The notes below the pieces were generated by a model. The model saw only the letters and a program-made list of their open reading frames with translations. It made no database searches and was not told the DNA's origin. From Eledone cirrhosa (taxonomy: Eukaryota), in the NCBI GenBank assembly GCA_964016885.1, contig OZ024750.1, forward strand, positions 34,286,001 through 34,350,000: a stretch of DNA of 64,000 nucleotides, read 5' to 3'. This document shows, piece after piece, positions 55,701 through 64,000 of the stretch; the stretch's first letter is position 1; every line of letters begins with the position of its first letter. A program made the position numbers and the translations under genes.

Positions 55701-58500
55701 GAGTCTTATCCTAACACATGGGCAGCTTCAGTCTTATCCTAACATGGGCAGCGCGAGTCTTATCCTAACACATGGGCAGCTTGAGTCTTATCCTAACACA
55801 TGGGCAGCTTCAGTCTTATCCTAACATGGGCAGCGCGAGTCTTATCCTAACATGGGCAGCTTGAGTCTTATCCTAACACATGGGCAGCTTCAGTCTTATC
55901 CTAACATGGGCAGCGCGAGTCTTATCCTAACACATGGGCAGCTTGAGTCTTTTCCTAACACATGGGCAGCTTCAGTCTTATCCTAACATGGGCAGCTTGA
56001 GTCTTATCCTAACATGGGCAGCTTGATTCTTATCCTAACACATGGGCAGCTTGAGTCTTATCCTAACACATGGGCAGCTTGAGTCTTATCCTAACACATG
56101 GGCAGCTTGAGTCTTATCCTAACATGGGCAGCTTGAGTCTTCTCCTAACATGGGCAGCTTCAGTCTTATCCTAACATGGGCAGCTTCAGTCTTATCCTAA
56201 CATGGGCAGCTTCAGTCTTATCCTAACACATGGGCAGCTTCAGTCTTATCCTAACATGGGCAGCTTGAGTCTTATCCTAACACATGGGCAGCGTCAGTCT
56301 TATCCTAACACATGGGCAGCTTGAGTCTTATCCTAACACATGGGCAGCTTGAGTCTTATCCTAACATGGGCAGCTTGAGTCTTATCCTAACATGGGCAGC
56401 TTGAGTCTTATCCTAACATGGGCAGCTTCAGTCTTATCCTAACATGGGCAGCTTCAGTCTTATCCTAACATGGGCAGCTTGAGTCTTATCCTAACATGGG
56501 CAGCTTGAGTCTTATCCTAACATGGGCAGCTTGAGTCTTATCCTAACATGGGCAGCTTGAGTCTTATCCTAACATGGGCAGCTTGAGTCTTATCCTAACA
56601 TGGGCAGCTTGAGTCTTATCCTAACATGGGCAGCTTCAGTCTTATCCTAACACATGGGCAGCTTCAGTCTTATCCTAACATGGGCAGCTTCAGTCTTATC
56701 CTAACATGGGCAGCTTCAGTCTTATCCTAACATGGGCAGCTTCAGTCTTATCCTAACATGGGCAGCTTCAGTCTTATCCTAACACATGGGCAGCTTCAGT
56801 CTTATCCTAACATGGGCAGCTTCAGTCTTATCCTAACATGGGCAGCTTGAGTCTTATCCTAAAATGGGCAGCTTCAGTCTTATCCTAACATGGGCAGCTT
56901 GAGTCTTATCCTAACACATGGGCAGCTTCAGTCTTATCCTAACATGGGCAGCTTGAGTCTTATCCTAACATGGGCAGCTTGAGTCTTATCCTAACACATG
57001 GGCAGCTTGAGTCTTATCCTAACATATGGGCAGCTTGAGTCTTATCCTAACACATGGGCAGCTTGAGTCTTATCCTAACACATGGGCAGCTTGAGTCTTA
57101 TCCTAACATGGGCAGCTTGAGTCTTATCCTAACATGGGCAGCGCGAGTCTTATCCTAACACATGGGCAGCTTGAGTCTTATCCTAACATGGGCAGCTTGA
57201 GTCTTATCCTAACACATGGGCAGCTTGAGTCTTATCCTAACACATGGGCAGCTTGAGTCTTATCCTAACACATGGGCAGCTTGAGTCTTATCCTAACCCA
57301 TGGGCAGCTTGAGTCTTATCCTAACATGGGCAGCTTGAGTCTTATCCTAACATGGGCAGCTTGAGTCTTATCCTAACATGGGCAGCGCGACTCTTATCCT
57401 AACATGGGCAGCTTGAGTCTTATCCTAACACATGGGCAGCTTCAGTCTTATCCTAACATGCGCAGCTTGAGTCTTATCCTAACACATGGGCAGCTTCAGT
57501 CTTATCCTAACATGGGCAGCGCGAGTCTTATCCTAACACATGGGCAGCTTGAGTCTTATCCTAACACATGGGCAGCTTCAGTCTTATCCTAACATGGGCA
57601 GCGCGAGTCTTATCCTAACATGGGCAGCTTGAGTCTTATCCTAACACATGGGCAGCTTCAGTCTTATCCTAACATGGGCAGCGCGAGTCTTATCCTAACA
57701 CATGGGCAGCTTGAGTCTTTTCCTAACACATGGGCAGCTTCAGTCTTATCCTAACATGGGCAGCTTGAGTCTTATCCTAACATGGGCAGCTTGATTCTTA
57801 TCCTAACACATGGGCAGCTTGAGTCTTATCCTAACACATGGGCAGCTTGAGTCTTATCCTAACACATGGGCAGCTTGAGTCTTATCCTAACACATGGGCA
57901 GCAAGAGTCTTATCCTAACACATGGGCAGCTTGAGTCTTATCCTAACATAGGCAGCTTGAGTCTTATCCTAACACATGGGCAGCTTGAGTCTTATCCTAA
58001 CATGGGGAGCTTGAGTCTTATCCTAACACATGGGCAGCTTCAGTCTTATCCTAACATGGGCAGCTTCAGTCTTATCCTAACACATGGGCAGCTTGAGTCT
58101 TATCCTAACACATGGGCAGCTTGAGTCTTATCCTAACACATGGGCAGCTTGAGTCTTATCCTAACACATGGGCAGCTTGAGTCTTATCCTAACATGGGCA
58201 GCTTGAGTCTTATCCTAACACATGGGCAGCTTGAGTCTTATCCTAACATGGGCAGCGCGAGTCTTATCCTAACACATGGGCAGCTTGAGTCTTATCCTAA
58301 CACATGGGCAGCTTGAGTCTTATCCTAACATGGGCAGCTTGAGTCTTATCCTAACACATGGGCAGCTTGAGTCTTATCCTAACATGGGCAGCTTGAGTCT
58401 TATCCTAACATGGGCAGCGCGAGTCTTATCCTAACACATGGGCAGCTTGAGTCTTATCCTAACATGGGCAGCTTGAGTCTTATCCTAACATGGGCAGCTT
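49800..58500 (+). repeat. Nested duplications with offsets ~1.0 kb, 1768 bp and 3204 bp
   Basis: GCGTCAG is at 50323, 51321, 53089 and 56293. AACCCATG, GCGCGACTC and CATGCGCAG occur four times (ORFs 52432/54200/55636/57404). GCAAGAG ORFs are at 54690 and 57894. Confidence 0.9.
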
Positions 58501-61500
58501 GAGTCTTATCCTAACACATGGGCAGCTTGAGTCTTATCCTAACACAAGGGCAGCTTGAGTCTTATCCTAACACATGGGCAGCTTCAGTCTTATCCTAACA
58601 CATGGGCAGCTTGAGTCTTATCCTAACACATGGGCAGCTTGAGTCTTATCCTAACATGGGCAGCTTGTGTCTTATCCTAACATGGGCAGCGCGAGTCTTA
58701 TCCTAACATGGGCAGCTTGAGTCTTATCCTAACACATGGGCAGCTTGAGTCTTATCCTAACACATGGGCAGCTTCAGTCTTATCCTAACACAAGGGCAGC
58801 GCGAGTCTTATCCTAACACATGGGCAGCTTGAGTCTTATCCTAACACATGGGCAGCTTGAGTCTTATCGTAACACATGGGCAGCTTCAGTCTTATCCTAA
58901 CACATGGGCAGCTTGAGTCTTATCCTAACACAAGGGCAGCTTGAGTCTTATCCTAACACATGGGAAGCTTCAGTCTTATCCTAACACATGGGCAGCTTGA
59001 GTCTTATCCTAACACATGGGCAGCTTCAGTCTTATCCTAACACAAGGGCAGCGCGAGTCTTATCCTAACACATGGGCAGCTTCAGTCTTATCTTAACACA
59101 TGCGCAGCTTGAGTCTTATCCTAACACATGGGCAGCTTCAGTCTTATCCTAACACATGGGCAGCTTGAGTCTTATCCTAACACATGGGCAGCTTGAGTCT
59201 TATCCTAACACATGGGCAGCTTCAGTCTTATCCTAACACATGGGCAGCTTGAGTCTTATCCTAACATGGGCAGCTTGAGTCTTATCCTAACATGGGCAGC
59301 GCGAGTCTTATCCTAACACAAGGGCAGCTTCAGTCTTATCCTAACACATGGGCAGCTTGAGTCTTATCCTAACACAAGGGCAGCTTGAGTCTTATCCTAA
59401 CACATGGGAAGCTTCAGTCTTATCCTAACACATGGGCAGCTTGAGTCTTATCCTAACACATGGGCAGCTTCAGTCTTATCCTAACACAAGGGCAGCTTGA
59501 GTCTTATCCTAACACATGGGCAGCTTCAGTCTTATCCTAACACATGCGCAGCTTGAGTCTTATCCTAACACATGGGCAGCTTCAGTCTTATCCTAACACA
59601 TGGGCAGCTTGAGTCTTATCCTAACATGGGCAGCTTGAGTCTTATCCTAACATGGGCAGCGCGAGTCTTATCCTAACACAAGGGCAGCTTCAGTCTTATC
59701 CTAACACATGGGCAGCTTGAGTCTTATCCTAACACAAGGGCAGCTTGAGTCTTATCCTAACACATGGGCAGCTTCAGTCTTATCCTAACACATGGGCAGC
59801 TTGAGTCTTATCCTAACACATGGGCAGCTTCAGTCTTATCCTAACACATGGGCAGCTTCAGTCTTATCCTAACACATGGGCAGCTTGAGTCTTATCCTAA
59901 CATGGGCAGCTTGAGTCTTATCCTAACATGGGCAGCTTGAGTCTTATCCTAACACATGGGCAGCTTGAGTCTTATCCTAACACAAGGGCAGCTTGAGTCT
60001 TATCCTAACACATGGGCAGCTTCAGTCTTATCCTAACACATGGGCAGCTTGAGTCTTATCCTAACACATGGGCAGCTTGAGTCTTATCCTAACATGGGCA
60101 GCTTGTGTCTTATCCTAACATGGGCAGCGCGAGTCTTATCCTAACATGGGCAGCTTGAGTCTTATCCTAACACATGGGCAGCATGAGTCTTATCCTAACA
60201 TGGGCAGCTTGAGTCTTATCCTAACACATGGGCAGCTTGAGTCTTATCCTAACACATGGGCAGCTTCAGTCTTATCCTAACACAAGGGCAGCGCGAGTCT
60301 TATCCTAACACATGGGCAGCTTCAGTCTTATCCTAACACATGCGCAGCTTGAGTCTTATCCTAACACATGGGCAGCTTCAGTCTTATCCTAACACATGGG
60401 CAGCTTGAGTCTTATCCTAACACATGGGCAGCTTGAGTCTTATCCTAACACATGGGCAGCTTCAGTCTTATCCTAACACATGGGCAGCTTGAGTCTTATC
60501 CTAACATGGGCAGCTTGAGTCTTATCCTAACATGGGCAGCGCGAGTCTTATCCTAACACAAGGGCAGCTTCAGTCTTATCCTAACACATGGGCAGCTTGA
60601 GTCTTATCCTAACACAAGGGCAGCTTGAGTCTTATCCTAACACATGGGAAGCTTCAGTCTTATCCTAACACATGGGCAGCTTGAGTCTTATCCTAACACA
60701 TGGGCAGCTTCAGTCTTATCCTAACACAAGGGCAGCTTGAGTCTTATCCTAACACATGGGCAGCTTCAGTCTTATCCTAACACATGCGCAGCTTGAGTCT
60801 TATCCTAACACATGGGCAGCTTCAGTCTTATCCTAACACATGGGCAGCTTGAGTCTTATCCTAACATGGGCAGCTTGAGTCTTATCCTAACATGGGCAGC
60901 GCGAGTCTTATCCTAACACAAGGGCAGCTTCAGTCTTATCCTAACACATGGGCAGCTTGAGTCTTATCCTAACACAAGGGCAGCTTGAGTCTTATCCTAA
61001 CACATGGGCAGCTTCAGTCTTATCCTAACACATGGGCAGCTTGAGTCTTATCCTAACACATGGGCAGCTTCAGTCTTATCCTAACACATGGGCAGCTTCA
61101 GTCTTATCCTAACACATGGGCAGCTTGAGTCTTATCCTAACATGGGCAGCTTGAGTCTTATCCTAACATGGGCAGCTTGAGTCTTATCCTAACACATGGG
61201 CAGCTTGAGTCTTATCCTAACACAAGGGCAGCTTGAGTCTTATCCTAACACATGGGCAGCTTCAGTCTTATCCTAACACATGGGCAGCTTGAGTCTTATC
61301 CTAACACATGGGCAGCTTGAGTCTTATCCTAACATGGGCAGCTTGTGTCTTATCCTAACATGGGCAGCGCGAGTCTTATCCTAACATGGGCAGCTTGAGT
61401 CTTATCCTAACACATGGGCAGCATGAGTCTTATCCTAACATGGGCAGCTTGAGTCTTATCCTAACACATGGGCAGCTTGAGTCTTATCCTAACATGGGCA
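58500..61500 (+). repeat. 1240-bp tandem duplication built from 444- and 360-bp sub-repeats
   Basis: CATGCGCAG is at 59103, 59547, 60343 and 60787. GCTTGTGTC is at 58668, 60106 and 61346. Confidence 0.85.
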
Positions 61501-62049
61501 GCTTGAGTCTTATCCTAACACATGGGCAGCTTCAGTCTTATCCTAACACATGGACAGCTTGAGTCTTATCCTAACATGGGCAGCTTGAGTCTTATCCTAA
61601 CATGGGCAGCTTGAGTCTTATCCTAACACATGGGCAGCTTGAGTCTTATCCTAACACATGGGCAGCTTGAGTCTTATCCTAACATGGGCAGCTTGAGTCT
61701 TATCCTAACACATGGGCAGCTTGAGTCTTATCCTAACACATGGGCAGCTTGAGTCTTATCCTAACACATGGGCAGCTTGAGTCTTATCCTAACATGGGCA
61801 GCTTGAGTCTTATCCTAACACATGGGCAGCTTGAGTCTTATCCTAACATGGGCAGCTTGAGTCTTATCCTAACATGGGCAGCTTGAGTCTTATCCTAACA
61901 CATGGGCAGCTTCAGTCTTATCCTAACACATGGGCAGCTTGAGTCTTATCCTAACACATGGGCAGCTTGAGTCTTATCCTAACATGGGCAGCTTGAGTCT
62001 TATCCTAACATGGGCAGCTTGAGTCTTATCCTAACAAATGGGCAGCTTC

Positions 62050-64000
62050 AGTCTTATCCTAACACATGGGCAGCTTGAGTCTTATCCTAACACATGGACA
62101 GCTTGAGTCTTATCCTAACATGGGCAGCTTGAGTCTTATCCTAACACATGGGCAGCTTCAGTCTTATCCTAACATGGGCAGCGCGAGTCTTATCCTAACA
62201 CATGGGCAGCTTGAGTCTTATCCTAACACATGGGCAGCTTCAGTCTTATCCTAACATGGGCAGCTTGAGTCTTATCCTAACATGGGCAGCTTGAGTCTTA
62301 TCCTAACATGGGCAGCGCGAGTCTTATCCTAACATGGGCAGCTTGAGTCTTATCCTAACACATGGGCAGCTTCAGTCTTATCCTAACATGGGCAGCTTGA
62401 GTCTTATCCTAACACATGGGCAGCTTCAGTCTTATCCTAATATGGGCAGCGCGAGTCTTATCCTAACACATGGGCAGCTTGAGTCTTATCCTAACACATG
62501 GGCAGCTTCAGTCTTATCCTAACATGGGCAGCGCGAGTCTTATCCTAACATGGGCAGCTTGAGTCTTATCCTAACACATGGGCAGCTTCAGTCTTATCCT
62601 AACATGGGCAGCGCGAGTCTTATCCTAACACATGGGCAGCTTGAGTCTTTTCCTAACACATGGGCAGCTTCAGTCTTATCCTAACATGGGCAGCTTGAGT
62701 CTTATCCTAACATGGGCAGCTTGATTCTTATCCTAACACATGGGCAGCTTGAGTCTTATCCTAACACATGGGCAGCTTGAGTCTTATCCTAACACATGGG
62801 CAGCTTGAGTCTTATCCTAACACATGGGCAGCATGAGTCTTATCCTAACACATGGGCAGCTTGAGTCTTATCCTAACATGGGCAGCTTGAGTCTTATCCT
62901 AACACATGGGCAGCTTGAGTCTTATCCTAACATGGGGAGCTTCAGTCTTATCCTAACACATGGGCAGCTTCAGTCTTATCCTAACATGGGCAGCTTCAGT
63001 CTTATCGTAACACATGGGCAGCTTCAGTATTATCCTAACTTGGGCAGCTTCAGTCTTATCCTAACACATGGGCAGCTTGAGTCTTATCCTAACACATGGG
63101 CAGCTTGAGTCTTATCCTAACATGGGCAGCTTGAGTCTTATCCTAACACATGGGCAGCTTGAGTCTTATCCTAACATGGGCAGCGCGAGTCTTATCCTAA
63201 CACATGGGCAGCTTGAGTCTTATCCTAACACATGGGCAGCTTGAGTCTTATCCTAACATGGGCAGCTTGAGTCTTATCCTAACACATGGGCAGCTTGAGT
63301 CTTATCCTAACATGGGCAGCTTGAGTCTTATCCTAACATGGGCAGCTTGAGTCTTATCCTAACACATGGGCAGCTTGAGTCTTATCCTAACACATGGGCA
63401 GCTTCAGTCTTATCCTAACACAAGGGCAGCTTGAGTCTTATCCTAACACATGGGCAGCTTGAGTCTTATCCTAACACATGGGCAGCTTCAGTCTTATCCT
63501 AACACATGGGCAGCTTGAGTCTTATCCTAACACATGGGCAGCTTGAGTCTTATCCTAACACATGGGCAGCTTGAGTCTTATCCTAACACATGGGAAGCTT
63601 CAGTCTTATCCTAACACATGGGCAGCTTGAGTCTTATCCTAACACAAGGGCAGCTTGAGTCTTATCCTAACACATGGGCAGCTTCAGTCTTATCCTAACA
63701 TGGACAGCTTGAGTCTTATCCTAACACATGGGCAGCATGAGTCTTATCCTAACACATGGGCAGCTTGAGTCTTATCCTAACACAAGGGCAGCATGAGTCT
63801 TATCCTAACACATGGGCAGCTTCAGTCTTATCCTAACACATGGGCAGCTTGAGTCTTATCCTAACACATGGGCAGCTTGAGTCTTATCCTAACACATGGG
63901 CAGCTTGAGTCTTATCCTAACACATGGGCAGCTTTAGTCTTATCCTAACACAAGGGCAGCATGAGTCTTATCCTAACACATGGGCAGCTTCAGTCTTATC
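62050..64000 (+). repeat. Distant copy of the ~47.9-49.9 kb segment (offset 14158 bp, then 14076 bp)
   Basis: CTTTTCC is at 48492/62650, CCTAACTTGGG at 48882/63040, CATGGACAG at 49628/63704 and GCTTTAG at 49859/63935. ORFs are at 48666/62824. Confidence 0.85.

Larger units (their letters stand above)
1..64000 (+). repeat. Tandem satellite array of 26/28-bp monomers, consensus ATGGGCAGCTT(G/C)AGTCTTATCCTAAC(AC); runs off both window ends
   Basis: Directly visible. Positions 1-28 are ATGGGCAGCTTCAGTCTTATCCTAACAC, and the same unit, with or without the final AC, continues head-to-tail to position 64000 with only scattered substitutions and a few 1-bp indels. Confidence 0.99.

Noticed and set aside
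279-63108. About 40 short ORFs encoding (MGSLSLILTHGQLESYPN)n
   Set aside because: They arise wherever 28- and 26-bp units alternate (54 bp = 18 codons) and end when the alternation breaks. Every monomer supplies an ATG and a TAA. There is no unique coding sequence and the longest is 98 aa.
1-64000. CRISPR array (repeat length 26-28 bp is in the CRISPR range)
   Set aside because: Repeats abut directly with no unique spacers, leader or cas genes.
1-64000. Canonical telomerase-synthesised telomere tract
   Set aside because: There is no G-rich strand bias. Multiple stable alleles and kb-scale copying of rare SNPs point to DNA-templated duplication. Only a weak telomere-related hypothesis is kept.
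1-64000. G-quadruplex, hairpin or structured ncRNA potential
   Set aside because: There is one GGG per monomer with 23-25 nt loops and only 4-bp palindromes (CATG, AGCT). No inverted monomers were seen.
1-64000. Transcription-factor or recombination motifs (near-AP-1 TGAGTCT, GGATAAG, minisatellite-core-like GGGCAG, p53-like CATG)
   Set aside because: These are short, imperfect matches expected by chance. A full TGAGTCA appears only as rare variants (~8390, ~18362, ~30058).
1-64000. Synthetic construct, rolling-circle concatemer or deliberately encoded message
   Set aside because: Nested duplications with graded divergence and shared rare SNPs fit natural satellite evolution. There is no fixed period, adapter or vector sequence.
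1-64000. Embedded transposon, gene fragment or phage/plasmid iteron region
   Set aside because: No non-repeat stretch was seen anywhere in the window, and the array is far longer than iteron clusters.

Overview
The whole 64 kb is one uninterrupted, head-to-tail tandem repeat (satellite or very long minisatellite) in a single orientation. The consensus monomer is ATGGGCAGCTT(G/C)AGTCTTATCCTAAC(AC). It is 26 bp without the terminal AC and 28 bp with it, about 46% GC, and occurs roughly 2,300-2,400 times (64,000/~27). I see no unique sequence, gene, RNA gene, transposon insertion, CRISPR spacer or strand switch. All listed ORFs are artefacts of alternating 28+26 bp (54 bp, 18 codon) units. The informative structure is in the variants. 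Two common binary polymorphisms (G/C and +/-AC) and three secondary alleles (GCG, ATG, AAGGG) are non-randomly linked. Rare SNPs reveal nested kb-scale duplications with offsets of 1476/4264, 2152/3117, 2300/6047, 4494/3936, 3311/1154, 1768/3204, 1240 and 14158 bp, laid over an older multi-kb cassette that recurs across the window. This is most consistent with eukaryotic heterochromatic satellite DNA (centromeric, pericentromeric or subtelomeric) evolving by unequal exchange or replication-based duplication. I do not recognise the family or the host. I found no evidence for a new protein-coding system. Offsets were read by eye from marker SNPs and the ORF track, and block boundaries are approximate.
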